A DNA stretch of 64,000 bases from a virus (lineage: Duplodnaviria > Caudoviricetes). This document shows positions 27,996-36,574 of this stretch, in pieces. The DNA is taken from IMG/VR virus record IMGVR_UViG_3300037140_000081, positions 477-64,476 of that record, one strand, 5' to 3'. Every line of letters begins with the position of its first letter. Positions within the stretch are counted from its first letter, which is position 1. Position numbers and translations under genes: made by a program. Below the pieces are notes generated by a model. That model did no database searches, was not told the origin of the DNA, and worked only from the letters and a program-made list of their open reading frames with translations.

Positions 27996-29416
27996 CCGAA
28001 CAATTCCAAATGAACCAACAGGAGCAGAAAACCGCGGACGACTTGCGGCGAGTAACGCTCGAACGCAGCCTTGAGAGCCGAGCGGCATATGAAACGCTGC
28101 TGGGTATGCACACCTACAAGCGCCCGCATGGTTGCCGAACCGAGAAGCGGTTTATCAATCGCTTTATCATCCCCCTTGGTATGAAGGTGGATGGGTTTGG
28201 CAACTACTGGAAGCAGATTGGTGAAAGCCCGCTCATGTGGTCCTGCCACACCGACACGGTTCATAGCAACAAGGGTATGCTCAGGATCGGGTTCGACAAG
28301 AATGAGATTGGCGTGGCGGAAAAAGACGACGCAAACTGCTTAGGTGCCGACGACGGCGCCGGCGTGTGGCTCATGCAGCAGATGATACTGGCCGAGCGTC
28401 CCGGTCTATATCTGTTCCATCGTGCCGAGGAGATTGGCAGGAAGGGATCATCCCATATCGCCAAGAACTACGCTAAAGACTTAACTGGCATCAAGTTTAC
28501 CATTGCGCTGGATCGCAAGGGCAAGGACAGCATCATCACCCACCAACAGAGTGCCAGGTGCTGTTCCGAAGCGTTCTCCAAGTCATTGGCCGCGCAGCTG
28601 GATATGGGTTACAAATCGGACGACACTGGCTCATATACAGACACGGCGAGCTATGTTGATCTGATTGGTGAATGTACCAACCTGTCAGTTGGGTACACCG
28701 GCGCCCACACGCACATGGAACGGCTGGACGTGGATTTCATTTTCAAGCTGCGTGATGCGCTTATGACCTTGGATGCGTCCAAGCTGGACGAGGTTCGCAA
28801 GCCCGGCGAGAAGCAGTACAAGAGCTACACCTATACGGGTGGCACCTCCACTTACACCTACGACAAAGATCGTGTGCTGCTGTATAAGGAAACGGATGGC
28901 ACTGGTAGAGAGTATTTCTATCGGGGTGGACAAAAGTATTACGCCGTTCTCGATCCTACCGATGCCGACGATGGATGGGGTTTTAACTATGGCGGAGAAG
29001 CTGGCTATACTCCGCCAAAGCATAATGGTACAGGCCGGTCTATGGTCTTGATCGGTGGCACCGCCACTGGCAAGCAAGTGGGTACAGGTGCAACGCCGGG
29101 TGCTGACGATGCTGCTATCATCAACCACGGGTCTGTGGCTGCTGCCAGCCATGACGATGCCGAGGAACGAAAGAAACTTGCTGATGTATTACGCGGCAAG
29201 ATTGCCGGTCGTCCTGGTATTAAGCTAGATGCTCCCCCTGTCGTTGTTGACGACGATGACGAAGAACCGATGACAAGCGATGTGTTTAAGAAGATGGTTG
29301 AGTTGGTGCGTTGTAACCCAGACGTTGTTGCAGACATACTGGAGCAAATGGGCTACGACTACTCTGGACTAAGCGACGAAATAATCGAAGCAGTTGGTGT
29401 GGCTAATATATCTTAA
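27992..29416 (+). CDS. M28/M20-like Zn peptidase with low-complexity C-terminal half
   Basis: 'SCHTDTVH', 'LGADDGAG', 'AEEIG', 'LDRKG', 'YTGAHTHME'. Confidence 0.8.
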   Translation: MTEQFQMNQQEQKTADDLRRVTLERSLESRAAYETLLGMHTYKRPHGCRTEKRFINRFIIPLGMKVDGFGNYWKQIGESPLMWSCHTDTVHSNKGMLRIGFDKNEIGVAEKDDANCLGADDGAGVWLMQQMILAERPGLYLFHRAEEIGRKGSSHIAKNYAKDLTGIKFTIALDRKGKDSIITHQQSARCCSEAFSKSLAAQLDMGYKSDDTGSYTDTASYVDLIGECTNLSVGYTGAHTHMERLDVDFIFKLRDALMTLDASKLDEVRKPGEKQYKSYTYTGGTSTYTYDKDRVLLYKETDGTGREYFYRGGQKYYAVLDPTDADDGWGFNYGGEAGYTPPKHNGTGRSMVLIGGTATGKQVGTGATPGADDAAIINHGSVAAASHDDAEERKKLADVLRGKIAGRPGIKLDAPPVVVDDDDEEPMTSDVFKKMVELVRCNPDVVADILEQMGYDYSGLSDEIIEAVGVANIS

Positions 29417-29517
29417 TGCTTTCCGACCCTGCCCCTGTAGCGGGGGGCAGTACGGAGCGCATTGTGAACCACCCCGGTTCACACGTTCCATGCTTGTACA
29501 AGCAAAGGAGGCTACAA

Positions 29518-29832
29518 ATGGCTAGTGCCAAGGTTATCGCGGCAGCGGAAGCGTTGCTTGCTGCGTTGAAGGCCGATACCCCTGCGGCTATGGCCCAGGC
29601 GCCGACGGGCAATCGGACAACGGCTGTCACCAACTATCGCGCCGGTTCCAATCCGGTGCAGGACGTGGTGGATTGTCTGCGCCGCGCCATTCGCAAGAGC
29701 GAAGAGGGCACGGACCTGACCGCCAAGGAGCGCAATGTGATGCGTAAGAGCATCAAGGCGCTCAAGGCTACGCGCCGCCACGGTATCGTGAATACCAACG
29801 GCGTGGACTATCTGACGCAGAACCACGTTTAA
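29518..29832 (+). CDS. Hypothetical protein
   Basis: AGGAGG SD plus ATG. Confidence 0.65.
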   Translation: MASAKVIAAAEALLAALKADTPAAMAQAPTGNRTTAVTNYRAGSNPVQDVVDCLRRAIRKSEEGTDLTAKERNVMRKSIKALKATRRHGIVNTNGVDYLTQNHV

Positions 29833-29879
29833 GCGGTCAGATACATAATACACCGGGGGTCAATGCCCCCGGTGACCAA

Positions 29880-29956
29880 GCTGCCTTCGTCTAGCGGCCT
29901 AGGACATTCACCCCCTCAGGTGGAAAACGTTGGTTCAAATCCAGCCGGCAGCGCCA
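29880..29956 (+). tRNA. tRNA-Glu-like gene with 8-nt anticodon loop (CCCCTCAG)
   Basis: GCTGCCT-TC-GTCT..GGAC-A-TTCAC[CCCCTCAG]GTGGA-AAAC-GTTGG-TTCAAAT-CCAGC-CGGCAGC-G-CCA; Glu-type D arm, 4-nt variable loop; T7:C66 mismatch. Confidence 0.85.
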
Positions 29957-29978
29957 ATTTAGTAAAGGAATACCCCAT

Positions 29979-30055
29979 GCTCCCTTCGTCTAGCGGCCCA
30001 GGACGCCAGCCCCCTCAGGCAGGAAACGGTGGTTCAAATCCATCAGGGAGCGCCA
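29979..30055 (+). tRNA. tRNA-Glu-like gene with 8-nt anticodon loop (CCCCTCAG)
   Basis: GCTCCCT-TC-GTCT..GGAC-G-CCAGC[CCCCTCAG]GCAGG-AAAC-GGTGG-TTCAAAT-CCATC-AGGGAGC-G-CCA; one A:A mismatch in the anticodon stem. Confidence 0.85.
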
Positions 30056-30169
30056 ATTTAGACCCTCTAGTTGATCGCGATTGCGTATTGCTAGATGGCC
30101 GCTGTAAGTGCGAGAAGCCCATGCGGGACTGTAAGTATCTGTCCAAAACCTATGTGGAGTGTGGACCCA

Positions 30170-30355
30170 ATGAGCACAACTGACATTCCCCTTTATACGC
30201 ATATCAACGCTTGTCCGTGGTCGGGCGTGCCTTGCGAGTGCGACGAGTTCCCGTTCCTAGAGAACGGTGGCGTGCTGCCCAAAGTGTGCAGCAACCTGAT
30301 ACGCGCTAAGATGCCGGCTATGGAGCCGTTCCGCAAGCTAGCCAAGAAGGATTAA
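30170..30355 (+). CDS. Small Cys-rich hypothetical protein
   Basis: GGAG SD; 'CPWSGVPCEC'. Confidence 0.45.
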   Translation: MSTTDIPLYTHINACPWSGVPCECDEFPFLENGGVLPKVCSNLIRAKMPAMEPFRKLAKKD

Positions 30356-30359
30356 AACC

Positions 30360-31271
30360 ATGCCAGACTTTACCCGCGGTGTACCTTACGATCAGGAAGG
30401 CCATAAACTGTGCGTAGCGTGTTTTAGGCCACAACTTGGCGGAACCTCTTTTGCTTGCAGTTCATGTTGGCACGAGTTGAGCCAAATAAATCGTGATGAA
30501 GTTATGCGATCCGAGGTAAGGGTAAATCGCGGGCAACTACCGCGCTGGATTATTAATACTGGCAGCGCGCCCCTATCTGGTAGCGCTATGCCCGGTGGAA
30601 TGGTGGAAACCAAGGCCTATGACCCAATGTGTGATGTTGCCGATGTTATGGCCCGTGCCCAGGGCAAGTGTGATTTTGGTGCCCAAAAAGAGTTATGGAA
30701 TTACATCGTGGGTGAATTGGCAGACCGTTTCATGCGTAATGGTAAGGTCGGCGCTGATTTCATTTATTGGTGTCACGGTGGCAGCGGCGGTGGTGGCGCT
30801 GGCCGGCCCCCCTATCCTAGCTATTCCTTGACCGACGCGGATATGGCCGTTGATGGTCGTGCGACAATGCGGCTGGACGAGCCAATACCAACCTGGGTTG
30901 CCAGGCACGCACAGTTGGCAGCGGGATACGGGATGAGCCAGGCTCACATTCACGACTATATCCCAGGTGACCCAATACAAGACTCAGCTGACATGGCTCA
31001 GGAGTTGGTGCGATCTATGCAACCACCCGTGGCGTCCGTTGCTAGTATGGACTATGCCGAAGCGGAACGAAGATTGATATTGCAAGCAACCGAGGCTCAG
31101 TTGCACCCGCCTCAACTTGTAGAAGGTCCGCAGATGACCGCGGCAGAGGTAGCTGCCAGGATTGTCGCGACACATGCACCAACTGTACAGGACATTGCAG
31201 AGCAAGCCGGACAGTCAATGATAGATCGTTATTTGGCACAACAGAGACGGAGGTTGCGCCGTGAACCATAA
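30360..31271 (+). CDS. Hypothetical protein with N-terminal Zn finger
   Basis: AAGGA SD; CVAC...CSSC. Confidence 0.6.
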   Translation: MPDFTRGVPYDQEGHKLCVACFRPQLGGTSFACSSCWHELSQINRDEVMRSEVRVNRGQLPRWIINTGSAPLSGSAMPGGMVETKAYDPMCDVADVMARAQGKCDFGAQKELWNYIVGELADRFMRNGKVGADFIYWCHGGSGGGGAGRPPYPSYSLTDADMAVDGRATMRLDEPIPTWVARHAQLAAGYGMSQAHIHDYIPGDPIQDSADMAQELVRSMQPPVASVASMDYAEAERRLILQATEAQLHPPQLVEGPQMTAAEVAARIVATHAPTVQDIAEQAGQSMIDRYLAQQRRRLRREP

Positions 31272-31410
31272 CAAAACGAAGCCCCACAAGGATTACTCAT
31301 TCTCGTTCATTCCCTGGGTTGTGTGCGTGGTCTTAATGGCGATCTGCACAGCATGGATCATCGTAGGTGTTTATGCTTTCTGGGTGGCCCACGTTACCTT
31401 GTACTAAGTT

Positions 31411-31518
31411 ACAGGCGTTCCGGGCAACCAGTATGGACCCGGTCTACTCAACGACCTGTGAAGGTGGCACGGTGACTGCTCCTCAGCACCGTGCCACCAC
31501 CTTCTTATCTGAGGAGCA
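31411..31518 (+). ncRNA. Structured RNA leader with predicted H-type pseudoknot
   Basis: 12-bp stem 31463-31474/31487-31498; loop 31477-31486 perfectly complementary to 31509-31518. Confidence 0.5.
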
Positions 31519-31530
31519 AAGAGAGGCTAT

Positions 31531-31782
31531 ATGCGCTACTGGGAAAAGTCTCGATTATGGCAAGATGGCTTGAAAACACACCCTTATCTGGCGTCTAGCG
31601 ATAGCTATAAACGCCCGAGCAAGAAGATCAAGGGCGATTATATTCAAGTCGTCCTTAACAGGGGCAAACGCCAGTGGGCGTTCGCAACAATGGCTGACCG
31701 CGATGCTTTTGTTGACAAGCATGGCGGAAAGCGTGTATTCACTAGTGCGGAACGCGCTGCGTTTGACGGTGCAGGGAAATGA
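31531..31782 (+). CDS. Hypothetical protein
   Basis: GAGG SD; first gene of the run leading into the polymerase. Confidence 0.6.
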   Translation: MRYWEKSRLWQDGLKTHPYLASSDSYKRPSKKIKGDYIQVVLNRGKRQWAFATMADRDAFVDKHGGKRVFTSAERAAFDGAGK

Positions 31783-32051
31783 AACCAGACCACGTTTCAA
31801 CAACTGAAGAAATGATTTTAAATCCTATGGCGCTCCCTGCATATATGCGGGGTTCACGATACTTTAGAATTGAATACATTGATCCTTTAACCGGTCATAG
31901 CAACACCGAAGGCAGCATATATCTTCCAGATGTTCCCGACATTTATGAGGTGCTTGATAAAATTGAGGGGCTCATTCAGGACGCATACAAGCAAGTATCT
32001 GAGAAATCTGCTGAGGAGCAGAAAACAAAAGAAACGTGCCCTCTGACATAA
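31779..32051 (+). CDS. Hypothetical protein
   Basis: ATGA-coupled, 90 aa. Confidence 0.55.
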   Translation: MKPDHVSTTEEMILNPMALPAYMRGSRYFRIEYIDPLTGHSNTEGSIYLPDVPDIYEVLDKIEGLIQDAYKQVSEKSAEEQKTKETCPLT

Positions 32052-32995
32052 AACTACTATTCCTAGATTTCGAGACATATTACGACAACGAGTACTCGTT
32101 GCGTAAAATGCCGACACCCAACTACATTCTGGACCCCAGGTTCGAGTGTCAGATGGTTGCTGTCGAGGAATTTGGCGCGGGTGCCCAGATTATTGATGGG
32201 CCGGATTTCCCGCATTACCTGAAACAATTTGACCCCCGCAAAACAATCACGGTATCTTTCAACGCGCTTTTCGATGCGTCGATATTGGCGTGGCGCTATG
32301 GCTTTGTGCCAGTCCGCACTCTGGATACGATGGGCATGGCGCGGGCGTTGATGGGCCACAAGCTGGTGCGGTTCTCATTGGGAGCCGTTGCGGAAGCCTT
32401 GGGGCTAGGCGCAAAGGGCAACGCGCTGGTCAAGGTGCTGGGTATGCACGCCCCCGAAATCAAATCGCGGGGCTTGTGGCGAGAGTTCAGCGCCTATGCG
32501 TTGCAGGACAACGTGCTGAACCGCGATATATTCCTGCGGCTGATCCCGCACTTTCCTGTATCCGAACGCCGGCTGATGGACTTGACGCTCCGATGCGCCA
32601 TTGAGCCACGCTTCCGCATGGACATAGGGATGCTCACGCAGCACCTGGCGGACGTTCGTGTGGCTAAGGCTGAACTACTTGCGGGGGCTGGTGTCGAACT
32701 GACCCAGTTAATGTCGGCCCAGAAATTTAAGGAAGCCCTGGAAGCGTTGGGCGTCGAGGTTGAAACCAAAGTAACGGTAGCCGCCCAAACTAAAGCAGAC
32801 GCAACAGGTGAACCGCCTGTGCGGACGCCGGCGTTCGCTAAGACCGACGAGTTCATGGCGGGGCTACTGGACCATGAGAACCCTGCGGTGCAGGCGCTAG
32901 CCGCTGCAAGGCTGGGGTTCAAGTCTACCCTGGAGGAAACGCGATGCGAGAAGCTGTTATCCATCGCTAACTTGGATTGGAGTTTCTTGAAATGA
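32036..32995 (+). CDS. DNA polymerase family A, N-terminal part (3'-5' exonuclease and thumb)
   Basis: ExoI 'FLDFETYY', ExoII 'FNALFD', ExoIII 'YALQD', 'ARLGFKST'. Confidence 0.88.
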   Translation: MPSDIKLLFLDFETYYDNEYSLRKMPTPNYILDPRFECQMVAVEEFGAGAQIIDGPDFPHYLKQFDPRKTITVSFNALFDASILAWRYGFVPVRTLDTMGMARALMGHKLVRFSLGAVAEALGLGAKGNALVKVLGMHAPEIKSRGLWREFSAYALQDNVLNRDIFLRLIPHFPVSERRLMDLTLRCAIEPRFRMDIGMLTQHLADVRVAKAELLAGAGVELTQLMSAQKFKEALEALGVEVETKVTVAAQTKADATGEPPVRTPAFAKTDEFMAGLLDHENPAVQALAAARLGFKSTLEETRCEKLLSIANLDWSFLK

Positions 32996-33420
32996 GCAGC
33001 TGGCGCAATTTGATCGGTAGTGACCGGCGCTTGTATTACGCATGGAAGGCTATGCGTAATAGGTGCAACAATAAAAATACCCCGTGTTATCACTCCTACG
33101 GTGGCCGCGGCATTGGCATCTGCAAACGGTGGGACAGCTTCGCCGTATTTGCGAATGACATGCGGTTTCATCCGGGTAAAGGTTGGACGCTGGAACGTAA
33201 AAATAACAACAAAGGATATTCTCCCCGCAACTGTGTGTGGGCAACACGCCAACAACAAGCGATAAATAGACGGACTTGCGTGCTCACCGCGCGGCTCGTC
33301 ATACGTATACGGGCGTTGTATCGTCGAGGAGTATCGCAGGCCCACCTGATAAAAATGTTTGGGGTGGGTAGTTCTCAAGTGTCACGTATCGTACGGGGGC
33401 AAATATGGCAAAGCATATGA
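32992..33420 (+). CDS. HNH homing endonuclease splitting the polymerase
   Basis: 'WKAMRNRC...YGGRGI.IC.RW..F..F..DM...TLERKNNNKGYSPRNCVWAT' plus C-terminal HTH. Confidence 0.9.
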   Translation: MSSWRNLIGSDRRLYYAWKAMRNRCNNKNTPCYHSYGGRGIGICKRWDSFAVFANDMRFHPGKGWTLERKNNNKGYSPRNCVWATRQQQAINRRTCVLTARLVIRIRALYRRGVSQAHLIKMFGVGSSQVSRIVRGQIWQSI

Positions 33421-34364
33421 TGCCAGTGCCGCTGCGCTACGGCGGTGCCCATACGCACCGCCTAAGCGGGGAGTGGGGGATCAATCTCCAAAACCTGCCG
33501 ACTGTGCGCGGAAGCAAAGGCAAGTCAAAGCTGAGGCTGGGCCTCACGGTGCCCGAAGGCCACTCCGTAGTGGCTGCTGACCTAGGCCAGATCGAGGCTA
33601 GGCTGGTGGCATGGATATGCGGTGCCCTGCCACTATTGCAGCAATTTCGGGACAGGCTCGATCCTTATGCAATCATGGGAAGTCTGATCTTTGGATACCC
33701 GGTAGACCCCAAGGTGCATCTGCTGGAGCGGTTCATTGGAAAAACCGCGATCTTGGGGCTAGGCTACGGCTGCGGGGCAACCAAGTTTTACAACATGGTT
33801 ATCATGTTGGCACGGACGCTGGGCATAGACCTAGGGACCATGTGGACTATGGAGCTGGCGCAGCAGTCGGTGGACACATACCGCACGGTGAACGCTCCTA
33901 TCCAGTACAGCTGGCGTAAGCTGGACCAGGCTATCAGGACTGCCTGGCTGGGCAAAGGTGGTCCGGTCCAGTTCTTGCCATGCACAATCGAGTATGGCGA
34001 GGTGAAGTTGCCGAGTGGCTTGTCCCTCAAGTATGACCGACCGGCGTTTGATTTTGAGACCAATGAGCATACGTTCTACTATGGCAAGTTCAAGCACAAG
34101 ATATATGGTGCTAAGCTATTGGAGAACATCGTGCAGGCGCTCGCCCGGATAGTGGTGATGAACGCCGCCCTGCGTATAGCTGACCGGGGCTACAAATTCG
34201 CGCTGCAAGCGCATGACGAGCTGGTTTTCGTGGTGCCAAATTCAGAGGTTGACAAGGCCCTGAAAATCATCCATGAAGAAATGGTGAGACCCCCCTCATG
34301 GGCACCCGACCTACCCCTAACCGCCTCCATCGGTGTTGGTGTCAACTACGGAGAAGCCAAATGA
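33405..34364 (+). CDS. DNA polymerase family A, C-terminal catalytic part
   Basis: 'THRLSG..NLQNLP', motif A 'ADLGQIEAR', motif B 'RFIGKTAILGLGYG', motif C 'AHDELV'. Confidence 0.92.
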   Translation: MAKHMMPVPLRYGGAHTHRLSGEWGINLQNLPTVRGSKGKSKLRLGLTVPEGHSVVAADLGQIEARLVAWICGALPLLQQFRDRLDPYAIMGSLIFGYPVDPKVHLLERFIGKTAILGLGYGCGATKFYNMVIMLARTLGIDLGTMWTMELAQQSVDTYRTVNAPIQYSWRKLDQAIRTAWLGKGGPVQFLPCTIEYGEVKLPSGLSLKYDRPAFDFETNEHTFYYGKFKHKIYGAKLLENIVQALARIVVMNAALRIADRGYKFALQAHDELVFVVPNSEVDKALKIIHEEMVRPPSWAPDLPLTASIGVGVNYGEAK

Positions 34365-34455
34365 CTATACCCCCAGAGGTTATCTACGCACTTGTCTGGT
34401 CCCACGCGATTATTGTGCTGTGTGGTATTGGCGCCCTGCTACTGCTGGCGTTCAA

Positions 34456-34641
34456 ATGACGCCCGCAGAAATCCATGAAGCCGGCATGGACGAGCTTGTG
34501 ACCCGGCATCAACAACTTGAGAAATTTGCGGCCGAGGTTCAGGGCACGTATCTTCGTGCTGCTGAAATAGAGTTAAAAGAGGTTCGGATCGAATTGCGTC
34601 GCGTCGCTTTGCGAATACAAATAAAGGGTCATAACCGATGA
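34456..34641 (+). CDS. 61-aa coiled-coil protein (paralog of 39301-39486)
   Basis: Gap-free alignment with 39301-39486. Confidence 0.65.
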   Translation: MTPAEIHEAGMDELVTRHQQLEKFAAEVQGTYLRAAEIELKEVRIELRRVALRIQIKGHNR

Positions 34642-34922
34642 CGCTACCTGACCTATTTAATGGCATATTCGAGCTTGGCCTTGCGCCGTTCCTATGGAAG
34701 GGCGTGCTCAAGCTACGCATTGATAAGAAGGTGGAAGGGTTTTACTGGCCCACGGTTGCTTGGACTACCGCGTGGGGACTGTGGAACCTGTACTACTATC
34801 CACACCTGGATCAGTGGCTGTCATTCACGGGGGGCTTGGTTGTCGTGGCTGTCAACCTGACATGGCTGGGCCATGTTTGGTACTACGCACGGCACCCGTC
34901 GCTAATGAAAGACCTCACATGA
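34638..34922 (+). CDS. Three-TM membrane protein, PQ-loop/SemiSWEET-like
   Basis: Three hydrophobic segments and a 'KKVEGFYW' loop. Confidence 0.5.
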   Translation: MTLPDLFNGIFELGLAPFLWKGVLKLRIDKKVEGFYWPTVAWTTAWGLWNLYYYPHLDQWLSFTGGLVVVAVNLTWLGHVWYYARHPSLMKDLT

Positions 34923-35488
34923 CCCCAGATAAACGCACAGGTAACGATGGCAAAGGCTTCTACATTCGCACGTTCACAGGGAAGAAATTCTACTGGGATA
35001 ACGTAGATGCCAATGACATTGACATTCATGACATAGCCCACGCCCTTGCTAATAACTGCCGGTGGACAGGGCACGTACGAAAGTTCTACTCCGTGGCCCA
35101 GCATTGTTTGTATGCTTCATTTGAAGCGCCGCCGGGGTTGGAGCTGTCGGCCCTGCTGCACGATGCATCTGAGGCATATGTGCATGATACGCCATCCCCG
35201 TTAAAGTGGTATCTGGCGGACCATGACTTCACCGCATTCTCTGACCTGGAGCACACGGTGGACCGAGCAATCTATGACAGGTTCAAGCTGCCGTACCCGC
35301 GGGACCCACGAATTAAAGATATTGATCTAAGGTTGTTGTCCACGGAGAGCCGCGACCTGATGCCGCCTGGTGAGGAACGCATTCACATGATTGAGCCTTA
35401 CCCGTGGCATATTCATCCAGCCTGTCCAGAGATAGCTGAAAGACAATTTCTTGACCAGTTTCGCCACCTAACAGGACAACAAACATGA
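34919..35488 (+). CDS. HD-domain 5'-deoxynucleotidase-like phosphohydrolase
   Basis: 'DIAHALANNCRWTGH...YSVAQH', 'LLHDASEAY'. Confidence 0.9.
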   Translation: MTPDKRTGNDGKGFYIRTFTGKKFYWDNVDANDIDIHDIAHALANNCRWTGHVRKFYSVAQHCLYASFEAPPGLELSALLHDASEAYVHDTPSPLKWYLADHDFTAFSDLEHTVDRAIYDRFKLPYPRDPRIKDIDLRLLSTESRDLMPPGEERIHMIEPYPWHIHPACPEIAERQFLDQFRHLTGQQT

Positions 35489-35910
35489 AGCGCGCCATCA
35501 AGATAGCTGCTCCCCAACGCCCGACCACCGAGGCTGAGTTGAAGAAAAAGACCTTGCGCGTGCCGCTCGATCTTGTGTGTCCTGCCGGGGTGGCCCATGA
35601 AGCTCAGGCCATGCGGGATGGGTTCATCAAGTACGGGTATGCTACGTACCTGAACGATGGGGTGGAAATGACCGCCCGGCATTGTCTTGCCGCTGCCAAG
35701 CGCCATATCGAACGGTTGCTAGCCGGCGAGGACAAAGCGCCAGAAGCAAATGGCGCCCACCACGCTGGGCACGCTCGGGCCATGCTGGGTATATATCTGG
35801 AGTGCATGGAGGCCGGTGTTCTGGTTGATGACCGACACCCGCGCCACAAGGCTAACCCGTACATCGGTAAGATGTTCGACCGCATGGCAAAGGAAAACGC
35901 AAGTGGCTAA
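35485..35910 (+). CDS. dATP/dGTP diphosphohydrolase-like protein (DUF5664-like)
   Basis: 'PLDLV...AMRDGFIKYG...AAKRHI...GED...HHAGHA...DDR'. Confidence 0.75.
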   Translation: MKRAIKIAAPQRPTTEAELKKKTLRVPLDLVCPAGVAHEAQAMRDGFIKYGYATYLNDGVEMTARHCLAAAKRHIERLLAGEDKAPEANGAHHAGHARAMLGIYLECMEAGVLVDDRHPRHKANPYIGKMFDRMAKENASG

Positions 35911-36574
35911 ACAATTCGCATGGTCATTTAGCAAGCTCAAAGCGTTCGAGACTTGCCCCAGGAAATTCCATGAGCAGGACGTGCTCAAGAACTTCCATGA
36001 GGGGCAAAGCGAACAGCTGATCTGGGGCAACCAGGTACATCAAACCCTGGCCAAGGTGCTCTTGGGCACGCTGCCCGCTCTGCCGCCGGAAATGGAGGCT
36101 TATCAGAAATACGTGAATATGGTGGCCAAGTTGCCCGGTAAGCTGTATGTCGAGCAGAAATATGCCATCACCAAGGACTTTGGGCCCACGACCTATTTCG
36201 CGCCGAACTGCTGGTATCGTGGCATTGGCGACGCGGTGAAGATTGAGCGTACACGCGGCGCAATCCTGGACTGGAAGACCGGCGCCGTTAAGGTGGACAG
36301 CGTGCAGCTGATGCTGATGGCCCTATGTATATTCGCACACTTCCCTGTTGTACAGAAAGTCCATACAGGCTTCATATGGCTCGCGGAAGATGCGGTCACG
36401 ATGGAAGAATATGACCGCGAGGACATAGGGGATTGCTGGGCTGGGCTGCTGGGTCGTGTGACCGAGTTGGAAGACGCGCTAAAGACCGGGTCATTCCCGC
36501 CAAAGCCCAGTGGACTGTGCCGCAAGTGGTGTCCGGTCACGTCGTGCCAGTACCACGGCAAGGGGGGCTTCTGA
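35903..36574 (+). CDS. Cas4/RecB-like PD-(D/E)XK exonuclease
   Basis: 'WSFSKL..FETCP', 'GNQVH', 'D..LDWKTG', 'LCRKWCPVTSC'. Confidence 0.85.
   Translation: MAKQFAWSFSKLKAFETCPRKFHEQDVLKNFHEGQSEQLIWGNQVHQTLAKVLLGTLPALPPEMEAYQKYVNMVAKLPGKLYVEQKYAITKDFGPTTYFAPNCWYRGIGDAVKIERTRGAILDWKTGAVKVDSVQLMLMALCIFAHFPVVQKVHTGFIWLAEDAVTMEEYDREDIGDCWAGLLGRVTELEDALKTGSFPPKPSGLCRKWCPVTSCQYHGKGGF

Noticed and set aside
29880-30055. tRNAs as opal suppressors or tRNA-Sec (TCA in the loop)
   Set aside because: Centring TCA in a 7-nt loop breaks the anticodon stem; there is no long variable arm; the body is Glu-type.
31411-31518. c-di-GMP-I riboswitch or HDV-like ribozyme
   Set aside because: Only fragmentary resemblance; it lacks the GCAAAG junction and the nested double-pseudoknot order.
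32990-33425. Group I intron or intein in the polymerase
   Set aside because: The HNH ORF overlaps both polymerase halves, leaving no non-coding core; frames differ and there are no intein terminal motifs.
34919-35910. Diaminopurine (Z) genome pathway
   Set aside because: No PurZ or adenylosuccinate-synthetase-like gene in the window.
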